This document shows, in pieces, positions 55,361 through 64,000 of a stretch of 64,000 nucleotides of DNA. The stretch comes from Patescibacteria group bacterium (GTDB lineage: Bacteria > Patescibacteriota > Patescibacteriia > 2-12-FULL-60-25), in assembly GCA_041660225.1 (NCBI GenBank), contig JBAZWV010000001.1, positions 62,558-126,557 on the forward strand, read 5' to 3'. Every line of letters starts with the position of its first letter. Positions within the stretch are counted from its first letter, which is position 1. A model generated the notes under the pieces. The model saw only the letters and a program-made list of their open reading frames with translations. It was not told where the DNA came from and did not search any database. Position numbers and translations under genes: made by a program.

Positions 55361-55999
55361 ATGGACGGATTGAACCTTGGTTTTACGAGTATTCAACTCG
55401 AGGATATTGGATACCTCGCGATTTTTGCAATCATGACGCTGGATGGAGCGAACGTTCCGTTTACGCCGAACGAGCTCTTCCTTGGATTCACCGGATATCT
55501 GGCACGAACCGGAGAAGTGAATGCCGTCCTTGCCTACGCCGTCGGATTGCTCGGAAGTTTGGCAGGACACCTCGTATCGTTCTTTGTCGGATGGAAAGTT
55601 GGCCGGCCGTTGTTCGATCGGTACGGGAAATTTATTCTTGTCAGCAAGAAGAGTCTCAAAAACGGGGAGCGTGCCATCAAACGATTTGGACCGGCGGCAC
55701 CGTTCATCATTCGATTTATTCCTGGGCTGCGCAACATAGGCAGCCTGTTCCTCGGCGTGTTCCGGTATGCTCCCGGCCCGTTCTTCCTTCTTACCGCAAC
55801 AGGTATCGCAATTTACAACGGTCTCTTTTTCTTGTCCGGTTTCATTCTTGCTGAACGGTTTGCATCGCTGAAAGAATATGTTTTTCCGGTCGTCGTGGGG
55901 ATTCTTGCCGTTGGGTTGTCTCTCGCCGCTATAAACTGGTACCGTACGCGACGTTCGCAGGTGTCTCCACCCAAAAAGAAGAAAAGAACACGAATATAA
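55361..55999 (+). CDS. DedA family membrane protein
   Basis: It has LEDIGYLAIFAIMTLDGANVPF.NE, GR.LFDRYGKF and the IRFIPGLR motif. Confidence 0.85.
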   Translation: MDGLNLGFTSIQLEDIGYLAIFAIMTLDGANVPFTPNELFLGFTGYLARTGEVNAVLAYAVGLLGSLAGHLVSFFVGWKVGRPLFDRYGKFILVSKKSLKNGERAIKRFGPAAPFIIRFIPGLRNIGSLFLGVFRYAPGPFFLLTATGIAIYNGLFFLSGFILAERFASLKEYVFPVVVGILAVGLSLAAINWYRTRRSQVSPPKKKKRTRI

Positions 56000-56002
56000 C
56001 CT

Positions 56003-56647
56003 ATGGGCGTACGTGATCTCGGTGCGGAAATGTTATTTGTCGTCTCAGCGCTTGTCTACGCCATCTTTTGGATATGGGCGATCATTCATGCCCTGCAAAC
56101 GCCACGCGCGACAGATGCGCAGCGCGGGCTCTGGGGGATTGCGATGATCGCGAATCCCATCACCGCCATTTGGTATTGGTACGTTTGGAAACGCTGGGCA
56201 TTTTGGACGCTCTTTACGCCACTCCTCGGCCTCACGTTTTCTTTTCCGTTCATTATCCGCTCCATCATCAGCAAAGCGGACGCAACGGCTCTCACGAACG
56301 CACTTTTCGCCCTTGGGAGCTCGCGACAAGTCGTCCTTATCGCCGCATTGATGATTTTTCCCATGCTGCTCGGGCTTGCTGCCTTGCTCCATCTTGGAAA
56401 AAACACGGAGCTTACGGCCATGGATCGAAATGACTGGATCGTATCGCTTGCGCTGCCGTTCTTCGGCTTTGGAGCGGGTATCGCGTACTGCGCCCGATTC
56501 ATGCGTACCTGGGCCGTTCTGGGGCTTCTGTGGTGGATCGTGATCATTGCGGCACTCAAAGGCATCACGATAAATATCTCCCATGCGCTGATTCCGGCAG
56601 GGGAGGAAAAACGGGAGGAATTTTTACTGCGTATCAAACCGAACTAG
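56003..56647 (+). CDS. membrane protein with PLD-nuclease N-terminal-like (PLDc_N) segment
   Basis: IFWIWAIIHALQTP...ANPITAIWYWYVWKRW resembles PLDc_N. About five TM helices are present. Confidence 0.5.
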   Translation: MGVRDLGAEMLFVVSALVYAIFWIWAIIHALQTPRATDAQRGLWGIAMIANPITAIWYWYVWKRWAFWTLFTPLLGLTFSFPFIIRSIISKADATALTNALFALGSSRQVVLIAALMIFPMLLGLAALLHLGKNTELTAMDRNDWIVSLALPFFGFGAGIAYCARFMRTWAVLGLLWWIVIIAALKGITINISHALIPAGEEKREEFLLRIKPN

Positions 56648-56916
56648 ACTTCTTCTTCGTCGCCAACATCAATTTCAGGCTCATCAAGCTCTTTTTCCAT
56701 TTTTTCGAGCGCTGCTAAGCCATCAAGCGGCTCCTCATCGTCAACAACAGGGGAGGCAACGACGGGTTTCTCAACATCATCGTCTTCTTCATCCTCAACA
56801 TCCTCGGCATCACTATCGAGTGCATCGGCTTCTTTAACGGACATTCCAAGCGCGCCAAGGTCTTCTTCTTCGGTTTGCATGATGTCGTCGTCTGCGTCTT
56901 GGGAAGTGGAAAGCAT
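56644..56916 (-). CDS. small highly acidic protein (90 aa)
   Basis: It has an ATG start, about 45% Asp+Glu and almost no basic residues. Its 3' end overlaps the convergent gene by 4 bp. Confidence 0.5.
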   Translation of the reverse strand: MLSTSQDADDDIMQTEEEDLGALGMSVKEADALDSDAEDVEDEEDDDVEKPVVASPVVDDEEPLDGLAALEKMEKELDEPEIDVGDEEEV

Positions 56917-57020
56917 AGTATGGATAGATAAATGGGTTTTCCGACGATAGCAAGTCCGTTTTTAGATGGGAATGCGCTCCGTGTGGATAAGCTTCGTAGC
57001 GGATGCTAATCTACCCACCT

Positions 57021-58067
57021 ATGGATTTTTCACCGATTCTTATCATTCTTTTGGTGGTTGTTGTGGCGGGGATTGCGTATCTCGCAATCAAGATGAATCG
57101 TCTGCCTGTCGCGCCCCCGCAGGACACGACATCCATGACACTATTGCAGAACCAGATTGCTCAACTGCAAAAAGAAATGGGGGATCGGATGGGGGAGACG
57201 AACCAGGCGGTCCGTCAGAGTTTTGCGGCGTCAACCGGAATTGTACGTGACGTGACTGAGAGAATTACACGAATGGAAGAGACGAATAAACAGGTGTTGG
57301 ATGTGACGAGCCAATTGCAGAATTTGCAGGACATGCTGAAGAACCCGAAGCAGCGCGGCATTCTCGGTGAATATTATTTGGAAACGCTCCTCAAGAATAT
57401 TTTGCCGCCGGGCGGATATCAAATGCAATACGGATTCAAAGACGGAGAGATCGTTGATGCGGCGGTCTTTATCAAAGATAAGATCGTACCGATTGATTCC
57501 AAGTTCAGTCTTGAAAATTACAATCGCCTTGTCAGTGAGCAGAACGCGACGGAGCGCGATCGCCTCGAAAAATTATTTGTGAGCGATCTCAAGATGCGCG
57601 TGCAGGAAACCGCTAAATACATCCGTCCGCAGGAGGGGACGATGGACTTCGCATTCATGTTCATTCCGCACGAAGCGATCTATTACGATCTTCTGATCAA
57701 CAAAATCGGCGCCGTCCAAGATGATACCGAAAGTATCATTCAGCGTGCGGCAGGGAAGTATCACGTCATCATCGTGTCGCCGACATCGTTCCTCGCCTAT
57801 CTTCAAACGGTACTTCAGGGGTTGCGCGCGCTCCAGATCGAAGAACAGGCGAAGGAAATCCGCAATCGTGTTGTGGATTTGGGACGACATCTCGCGAAAT
57901 ACGAGGAGCATTTTACGAGCGTCGGGAAGAATCTGGGCACGGTTGTGAATCAATATAATCTTGCGTCAAAAGAATTCGTAAAAATCGATAAGGACGTCCT
58001 GCGCATCACCGGGAGCGCGAATGATGTCGAAGCGCTCTCGCTAGATAAACCGTCAACGGACGAATAA
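57021..58067 (+). CDS. rmuC: DNA recombination protein RmuC
   Basis: It has an N-terminal TM helix, a coiled coil, and the RmuC blocks RGILGEYYLE...VDAAVFIKDKIVPIDSKF...DFAFMFIPHEAIYYD...VSPTSFLAYL. Confidence 0.9.
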   Translation: MDFSPILIILLVVVVAGIAYLAIKMNRLPVAPPQDTTSMTLLQNQIAQLQKEMGDRMGETNQAVRQSFAASTGIVRDVTERITRMEETNKQVLDVTSQLQNLQDMLKNPKQRGILGEYYLETLLKNILPPGGYQMQYGFKDGEIVDAAVFIKDKIVPIDSKFSLENYNRLVSEQNATERDRLEKLFVSDLKMRVQETAKYIRPQEGTMDFAFMFIPHEAIYYDLLINKIGAVQDDTESIIQRAAGKYHVIIVSPTSFLAYLQTVLQGLRALQIEEQAKEIRNRVVDLGRHLAKYEEHFTSVGKNLGTVVNQYNLASKEFVKIDKDVLRITGSANDVEALSLDKPSTDE

Positions 58068-58072
58068 CATCT

Positions 58073-58699
58073 ATGCTGAAAAATTTTCTGAGTCAGGTAA
58101 AACAATTTCTCATCTGGGCAATCTGCGTGGTTGTCTTTTTGCTCGGTTGGATGATCCTGCATGTGCAGACGAATTATCTTGTAGACATGTATCCGTCCAC
58201 GGACAGTGTTGTCGATAAAGCACAAGTTGCAATCGTTCTGGGAGCTGCAGTGACAAACGGACAACCATCAGATGCGCTGAATGATCGATTGCTTGTGGGA
58301 GAAGAGCTGTATCGGAAGGGGAAGGTTGAAAAAATTCTTATCACGGGGGACGATGGGGGATTCCACTCGGATGAAATTTCGATCATGCACAAATTCCTCC
58401 TGGATCGGGAGATTCCACCGGATGCGATCATCGTCGATGGAAAAGGATATCGAACATATGAATCGTGCCGTCGTGCAAAACAAGAATACAATATTGAAAC
58501 CGCTGTCGTCGTAACGCAACGGTTTCATATGGGGCGTGCGCTGTATCTGTGCAATGCGCTTGGTATTGAATCCGTCGGCGTTACCTCTGATCTGCAAACG
58601 TACGTTCGCATCAAGGCGTTTTGGATTCGGGATCTTCTCTCAAGCGTAAAAGCGTTTTGGGAAATCAATCGTGACCGGGCCGGACAACAGGCGATATAA
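58073..58699 (+). CDS. sanA: SanA/YdcF (DUF218) family protein
   Basis: It has VLGAAV...G.PSDALNDRL, ILITGDDG...EISIM and VVVTQRFHMGRALY. Confidence 0.85.
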   Translation: MLKNFLSQVKQFLIWAICVVVFLLGWMILHVQTNYLVDMYPSTDSVVDKAQVAIVLGAAVTNGQPSDALNDRLLVGEELYRKGKVEKILITGDDGGFHSDEISIMHKFLLDREIPPDAIIVDGKGYRTYESCRRAKQEYNIETAVVVTQRFHMGRALYLCNALGIESVGVTSDLQTYVRIKAFWIRDLLSSVKAFWEINRDRAGQQAI

Positions 58700-58732
58700 A
58701 AAGAAAAGGCCCGGAGTGTGTTCCGGGCCGAA
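58700..58732. terminator. hairpin between convergent genes
   Basis: Stem ggcccgga (58708-58715) pairs with tccgggcc (58722-58729). An A-run precedes it, which is a T-run for the minus-strand gene. Confidence 0.6.
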
Positions 58733-58746
58733 GAAGGCGTGGGGGA

Positions 58747-60387
58747 TTACGGGGGATCGATACGGTTTGACCACTCGTGCAGATCGACGAGACGCCGCGT
58801 CATACCGGCATCGGGTTCGAAGTAATAGCCATCCGTATGGCACGCGAGGCACTGTGCGCCGACTTTTTTTACTCCAGCAAATCCGTGCCAGGCACGCGGC
58901 AACGAGGCCGCTCCCGTATGACAGCTGCCACACGCGCCGACCCCGGGAACATTGAATCCAGGGAAGGTCGTCACGTTAGGGGACCCAACCTGGACGTACA
59001 GTGATGCTGCAGCCAACATCGGTTCACCCTGCCAGTATCGTCGCGCTTTCGTTCCCGTAACGTACGTTCCCGATTCTGCATCCGCAGGAACCGTGAATGT
59101 GAAGACATCCGGCGTCGGAAAATCGCACGCTCCGGGAAGAAATCCGAACAGGCATCCAAACATGACGGGGGTGATCGGTGTTTCTTGGATCACGCTGGAA
59201 TATCCGTCGATGGAGTGTGATGCTGCGACAATTTCGTTTTGAAAGAGCGAGGCGGGGGTGATCGGCGTCGTAGCGACGCTTGTCATTTTGTGTACAGGAC
59301 CTGCGAGAAACGTCTCCATAGCTCCTTGAACGGGCTTGTGAACCCAATAGAGCTGGGGGAGTCCATCGAAGACAAGATAACGCAATCCCTGCGCCGACGG
59401 AGCCCAACCGATCGCGTCGCCGTACGAAGGCATCGCACCCGACGCAAAGAGTGGCGTGCCAGATCCGTCCTTGTACGTCATACGGATAGGCACTTGCTCA
59501 CCCGGAAGATAGTACCCGCGCGAAGGCGGACTCACCTCCTCGAGATCAAGCGTGAACCCGTAGCCGGTATTACCCGGCGCATCGTGAACGATGGGGACCT
59601 GCCAGATCTTGCCGGGAGCTTCTGACCACTTAACTTCGAGCGAGGCTGTATTTGATGGGAGGTCGAAGGAATCATGCGCGTGCAGGTTCACACGAAGCTG
59701 TATGAAGCCTTCGGCGAGGTGGAAGGCTCCTGCGTTGCTGCAATCATTCTCAGCCATGCAGTTGCCGGACAAAACCCGTGCAACGAAGCGCCGCTCAAGG
59801 AAGTCATCACTACTCTTCCAAAGAGTGTCACGACCAGCCTGCACCGTCTGCGTTTCGAGCTGGTACCCATTCGCATCACGAGCAATAAGCTTGAAGGAGC
59901 TCGCATCGTTCATCCAGTGTGCGCCGCGATAAAAGACCTGGTGTTGCCACTGATATCCGTCTGCCTGAACACGCCAGTCTTCGTCGACGGCTTGAACGTT
60001 GCTCCAATCGAACGTGGAAAAGTCGCCCGAATCCATGATGGGGTCGAGGCCGTCTTCTGGCGTCGTTGGAAGCGACGAGACGATGTATAACTCTTGAAGA
60101 TATCTCGACGGGCCGTCAACGACATGAAGCGCGTTGGGCCGTCCCGGACTGAATGGGTTTGGGAGCGAGGTGAGATCTTGATTCCAACTTCCGTTATGGA
60201 AATAAAGACCGAGACCTACGGGCGGTGCGTCGTCGTCACAGAACGTAACGGCCTGTGACGATTCGCCATACTCTTGCGTCGTTTCGGGTCCTCCACTTTC
60301 TTCTGAGTCAGGTTTCGTATTACATGCCTGCAGTGAGACGAGCCCACATGCCGCACACAGAATGCTGACACACATACTACCGTGCAT
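58747..60387 (-). CDS. large putative lipoprotein with two C-terminal CXXCH motifs
   Basis: A signal peptide with a lipobox-like LVSLQAC is present. CGSCH lies at 58918-58932 and CLACH at 58837-58851. ATG at 60387 has GAGGAG 7 nt upstream. The track start at 60402 is TTG. Confidence 0.7.
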   Translation of the reverse strand: MHGSMCVSILCAACGLVSLQACNTKPDSEESGGPETTQEYGESSQAVTFCDDDAPPVGLGLYFHNGSWNQDLTSLPNPFSPGRPNALHVVDGPSRYLQELYIVSSLPTTPEDGLDPIMDSGDFSTFDWSNVQAVDEDWRVQADGYQWQHQVFYRGAHWMNDASSFKLIARDANGYQLETQTVQAGRDTLWKSSDDFLERRFVARVLSGNCMAENDCSNAGAFHLAEGFIQLRVNLHAHDSFDLPSNTASLEVKWSEAPGKIWQVPIVHDAPGNTGYGFTLDLEEVSPPSRGYYLPGEQVPIRMTYKDGSGTPLFASGAMPSYGDAIGWAPSAQGLRYLVFDGLPQLYWVHKPVQGAMETFLAGPVHKMTSVATTPITPASLFQNEIVAASHSIDGYSSVIQETPITPVMFGCLFGFLPGACDFPTPDVFTFTVPADAESGTYVTGTKARRYWQGEPMLAAASLYVQVGSPNVTTFPGFNVPGVGACGSCHTGAASLPRAWHGFAGVKKVGAQCLACHTDGYYFEPDAGMTRRLVDLHEWSNRIDPP

Positions 60388-60548
60388 TGTCATGCTCCTC
60401 AAAAAAAGAACGGATGTGCCTGTGCTGAAGCACGATGAGATTTTAGCATATTCGATCCCGATATTGAACTCCTATCTATCAATGGATTGACAATCGGGTC
60501 TTTTCATGGTGGACTGGCGGCAGATCTGTACATCCAGAAAGGCTCAAC

Positions 60549-61226
60549 GTGTTTAACGAACTCATCTTCGATGAAACGCTTTTGCAGGGAACCGAGCAGG
60601 AAGTGCTTGACCGATGGTTTATCCTGAAGTCGCATGGGTGCATCCTCGTCCGACGCAGTATCACGGCGGTGCTTCGTGAGTACGTGGATCAAATCGATCC
60701 TGCGGATATCCGAAAAACAAAACCGCCGCCGCCAAAGAAAAAGTTGCGCGGACGGAAGGTGCACGAACCCGCCTGTCTGAACATGGTCGTCGCCGTGGCG
60801 AAATTCAGAGATAGCCCGCGTGTCTTTACGAATGCGACGTTCATTCCCCGTTGCTTCAAGTATATGGGAATTCATCTCGATTACACGCCCTCACGATTTA
60901 TGAAGGGGGTGCGTCCGATGAACTGGGGTGACATTCATGCTGGCGACGTCATCGCGTTTTCCCTGCCAGACAACGAGAAGAAGCTCTACGGCATCGCAAC
61001 GAACGAAAAAACGATCGTATATGCTTCGGTGAAGCACGGTCTCGTCATCGAACGGACGCTTGAAGAGCTTAACCAGTGTGCGTTTCACGGCATGAAACGC
61101 ATGCTGCCCGAAGGGATGCACCGACGGACGGACATCATTCGTCTTCCCGCCGGTCGGAAACTCGCCCCAACGAAGGAGACCGTCCGAATGCTCCTTGCGG
61201 CCGGCCTCAAACAGAACGCCGCATAA
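60549..61226 (+). CDS. hypothetical protein
   Basis: It is a 225-aa ORF with a GTG start and a central basic stretch (KTKPPPPKKKLRGRK). I recognise no family. Confidence 0.45.
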   Translation: MFNELIFDETLLQGTEQEVLDRWFILKSHGCILVRRSITAVLREYVDQIDPADIRKTKPPPPKKKLRGRKVHEPACLNMVVAVAKFRDSPRVFTNATFIPRCFKYMGIHLDYTPSRFMKGVRPMNWGDIHAGDVIAFSLPDNEKKLYGIATNEKTIVYASVKHGLVIERTLEELNQCAFHGMKRMLPEGMHRRTDIIRLPAGRKLAPTKETVRMLLAAGLKQNAA

Positions 61227-61228
61227 CC

Positions 61229-61257
61229 TCCCCGTTGATCAACGGGGATTTTTTTTA
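61229..61257. terminator. rho-independent terminator
   Basis: The palindrome tccccgttga|tcaacgggga (61229-61248) is followed by a T8 run. Confidence 0.85.
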
Positions 61258-62019
61258 TTCCTGAGTGATCTCCATGGCCTCCATCGTCGAGACAGTCGTG
61301 CCGAACGTGCTATCGCTCTTTACGAGACCCACGTCCTTCACATACCACGCGTTCGCGGTGGTCGTGGAGTGCGCGCCCATGACAGCTGATTCCATTGTGA
61401 TTGTCTGTTCGATTTTGAGAGCGTTAAACGTCCCTGCAGGTACCGTCACAGTCTCTTCACCGATAACTTTGCTTGCGATGTTCGATTTTTGGCGACGACC
61501 GTCGAGCATTGCTTTCATCTGGGCGTTTGTTGTATGGATTTCAACCTCTGTCGCTAAATTCCACGCACGACCGATCGCGAGATCACTCGGAAGAATCTCT
61601 CCTTCCATCGAAATTGTATCGAAGCTCATTTCCATTCCGGTGAATGCCTGTGCGATATCGAAATAGCCGGTGCTCTTTATCGCACCGTTCTCACATACGA
61701 GATTATTCGTAAGCTTGGATTCGCGTCCTTGGACGGTAAACGTGTATTCGAGCTTTACCGTTGTCGATGTACGTTCAACCACACGAATCGTAAATGGCGT
61801 TTCCATCGTACCGCTCTTCATACGATAGGCGATCGCTGAACCGGTTTTCAATGGATAATACAGATTAAAACAATCTTCCTGGCCGTTGGAACGAGCAACG
61901 GCAGGGGAGGGGGAGGCCTCTGAAGCCGTTTCGGAGGCTCTGGGGGTCGTAGAGCCGCAACCGGCGCCAAGAAGGACGAGAATCGAACTGGCGGCGATAA
62001 AACGAGAAATAGATTTCAT
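61255..62019 (-). CDS. putative lipoprotein
   Basis: A signal peptide with the lipobox LLGAGC is followed by a beta-rich body. I recognise no family. Confidence 0.6.
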   Translation of the reverse strand: MKSISRFIAASSILVLLGAGCGSTTPRASETASEASPSPAVARSNGQEDCFNLYYPLKTGSAIAYRMKSGTMETPFTIRVVERTSTTVKLEYTFTVQGRESKLTNNLVCENGAIKSTGYFDIAQAFTGMEMSFDTISMEGEILPSDLAIGRAWNLATEVEIHTTNAQMKAMLDGRRQKSNIASKVIGEETVTVPAGTFNALKIEQTITMESAVMGAHSTTTANAWYVKDVGLVKSDSTFGTTVSTMEAMEITQE

Positions 62020-62235
62020 ATGGCGGAGAGTATAGATCGAAAGGATTTTTTTATAAAATCTGAGTTGGTGCCGAATAGGGTACCGAGCGATTTTTTCATT
62101 TTTAACGGTGGGGTAGGGGGCTCAAAGCTAGCAAATGGAGTTAATCTAGTGTCGCACAATGTATGTTATACGACATTAGGGTAGTTCTTTTTCCTAACGT
62201 TTGCAAAATCCATCTTTAAACCCTCTACGCGCTGT

Positions 62236-63075
62236 TTAACGTACAAATACCTTTCCTGGGACACGTACGTCTAGATACTCTGCGATCTTTGTCTCATCGG
62301 GCTTCGTCTTCATGTACGCTTGATACGTCATCAGCTGTGGCTCTAGAGGCTGCGTGAGATCTATATAGATATCGTAACCTCTCTCACTCACAAATCGCGT
62401 TAGAGCAGATTCAGGGCTCTCTACCTTCATGAAACGGAACCTGACGCCTCCTAGGACCAAATAACGCGTCGTATCGAGCCAGCGTCGAATCTGCTCTGGT
62501 TTGGCCACCTGGAAACCTTGGGACAACGGATCAGCAGTTTTCATAACCACGACCGGTAAATGCAATTCGTCAGCAAACGCGCGGGCGGCGACACGGTCCA
62601 TAGATGCGCGGAGAATATCTTCCGTTGCATCGCCGGTGACGATTCCGGTGCTGTCCACTAAGGCGTACTGTTCGAAAGACACCACAACCACACTCCTCTG
62701 CCTCTCTTTAATCTTGAGTCGTAAAATGTTTGGATAGGACTTTTCCACAGCCACCTGATCTACGAACAAACGGTCCTTCAAGCTCGTCGCTAACATTTCT
62801 GTATCCAACATTAACAAATTCTTTTTATGCCACGGTTTCCACGACCGTTCTTCGAGGATCCGATCGACTTCCGTCATCACCTCTCCCCTGTTCAGGGTCT
62901 GCAGCTCCCCTGTCTCGATACTCGAAATATCCAAAAAACCAGACATGAATAAAAACCATAACCAACCGGTTACGGCAAAACCCGCGACGATCATAATCGT
63001 CACGCCGTAGCCGGTACGCTGATCTTCGCGTCTTCGCGTCCGGAACATGCCTCCCCTCCCCTCACGCGGGTCCAT
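62236..63075 (-). CDS. ftsQ: cell division protein FtsQ-like (TM + POTRA)
   Basis: A TM helix (VTIMIVAGFAVTGWLWFLF) is followed by a POTRA-like block ISSIETGELQTLNRGEV...LLMLDTEMLATSLKDRLFVDQVAVEKSYPNILRLKIKER. The chosen start is ATG at 63075. Confidence 0.7.
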   Translation of the reverse strand: MDPREGRGGMFRTRRREDQRTGYGVTIMIVAGFAVTGWLWFLFMSGFLDISSIETGELQTLNRGEVMTEVDRILEERSWKPWHKKNLLMLDTEMLATSLKDRLFVDQVAVEKSYPNILRLKIKERQRSVVVVSFEQYALVDSTGIVTGDATEDILRASMDRVAARAFADELHLPVVVMKTADPLSQGFQVAKPEQIRRWLDTTRYLVLGGVRFRFMKVESPESALTRFVSERGYDIYIDLTQPLEPQLMTYQAYMKTKPDETKIAEYLDVRVPGKVFVR

Positions 63076-63082
63076 AGGCTGT

Positions 63083-64000
63083 TTAGCGTACCACAACGCG
63101 CGGTAAGAGCGGATTTACACGTGTTACGATTTCGTAATTGATTGAACCAATCTTTGATGCAATATCTTCGGCGCTTACGACCTCATTTTTTTGCCGTCCG
63201 AGCAACACGACCTCGTCTTCGACGCGAACTCCCGGTACATCTGTCACGTCAATGACACACATGTTCATACAAACGCGCCCCATCACCTTGCATCGATGAC
63301 CACGTACGAGCACCGTTGCGGAGCCGGAAAGCTTGCGATCAAATCCGTCCCAGTATCCAACAGGAATAATCGCGAGGACAGAATCACGATTCGCGCGTTC
63401 GGTGAGCCCATAACTGACCGGCGTTCCCTTTTTCACACGCTTCACCTGCGCGATCACCGTCTTCCATGTCATGACAGGTTGAAGATCCAATTTTTCTTTT
63501 CGGTTTTTTGCGACGGCAAGCGTTTCCTTCGACGACCACAAGCCGTACATCGAAACGCCGAGACGAACGAGATTAAAATAGGTGTCTGGAAACAGTACCG
63601 TCGCCGCGCTGCACGCTGCATGTTTCCATGCGGGATTGATTCCTTCTTTTGAGAGGACGGAAAGTCCGTCTTGGAAACGCTGGAGCTGCTGTTCTGCGTA
63701 TGAATGATCCGTCGTGTCTTCAATATTTGCGAAGTGTGTCGAAGCTCCTTCGATCACGACGCCCGGTGTTTTCTTCAGCTCACGGACAAGCCTCTTCAGC
63801 TCATCGCCGGACACTCCCTGGCGGGTTGTTCCAGTCTCAATTTTGATATGAACGAATGCCGCTTTGGCGGCCGGCTTTGGGTGTTTCGAGAGGGGCTGAA
63901 GTTTCAAGGCTCGGAGAGCTTTTACCGTTTCAAGGTTATACACGACGAACGAGATCCGATGCGTGACGCAATCCCGCAGACGCTCGTTTAACGTGTACCC
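63083..64000 (-). CDS. alr: alanine racemase (N-terminus beyond window edge)
   Basis: It has THFANIED, YGLWSS, PVMTWKT.IAQVKRVKKGTPVSYG, IPVGYWDGF and GRVCMNMCVIDVTD. The frame stays open to position 64000. Confidence 0.9.
   Translation of the reverse strand, partial: GYTLNERLRDCVTHRISFVVYNLETVKALRALKLQPLSKHPKPAAKAAFVHIKIETGTTRQGVSGDELKRLVRELKKTPGVVIEGASTHFANIEDTTDHSYAEQQLQRFQDGLSVLSKEGINPAWKHAACSAATVLFPDTYFNLVRLGVSMYGLWSSKETLAVAKNRKEKLDLQPVMTWKTVIAQVKRVKKGTPVSYGLTERANRDSVLAIIPVGYWDGFDRKLSGSATVLVRGHRCKVMGRVCMNMCVIDVTDVPGVRVEDEVVLLGRQKNEVVSAEDIASKIGSINYEIVTRVNPLLPRVVVR

Overview
This is a gene-dense 64-kb bacterial chromosomal window. Most spacers are under 40 bp, several genes overlap, and I see no rRNA genes, CRISPR arrays or transposases. 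The gene set and compaction suggest a small-genome uncultivated bacterium, Patescibacteria/CPR-like. Supporting gene types are a CxxC-x17-CxxC protein, a YprB-like exonuclease, many membrane-anchored unknowns and fused metabolic genes. That taxonomic placement is inference only.

Core content, in order:
- atpF(partial)-H-A-G-D-C, thpR/ligT, a WecB/TagA-type glycosyltransferase, gltX, an M23 peptidase, dus, uvrB, dnaG-rpoD and tRNA-Asn(GTT).
- A small hemerythrin/VOC/DUF1428 group, a SET-domain protein, a cold-shock protein, an ABC-F ATPase, tag and greA.
- An ABC-2 exporter, a PadR/PspC pair, msrA and msrB, a fused zwf-gnd gene, an MGMT-like protein and an L,D-transpeptidase.
- A beta-CASP hydrolase, typA, a class I ribonucleotide reductase operon with NrdR boxes, rmuC, sanA, ftsQ and alr (cut by the window edge).

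The stand-out locus is 28564-30184. It holds an AT-rich, free-standing group II-intron-like reverse transcriptase (active site YIDD) with no ribozyme domains. Upstream lies the longest gene-free tract in the window: 445 bp, purine-rich on the RT strand, with several hairpins and a perfect 28-bp palindrome. I treat this as a candidate ncRNA+RT module of unknown function.

Other second-look items:
- An NrdB carrying an N-terminal ATP-cone plus a fragment resembling the C-terminus of class II NrdJ.
- A lysyl-oxidase-like domain fused to a PQQ sugar dehydrogenase.
- A SAMHD1-like HD protein.
- A lipoprotein with two CXXCH motifs.

All calls rest on reading the supplied translations and sequence by eye. 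No database search was run.
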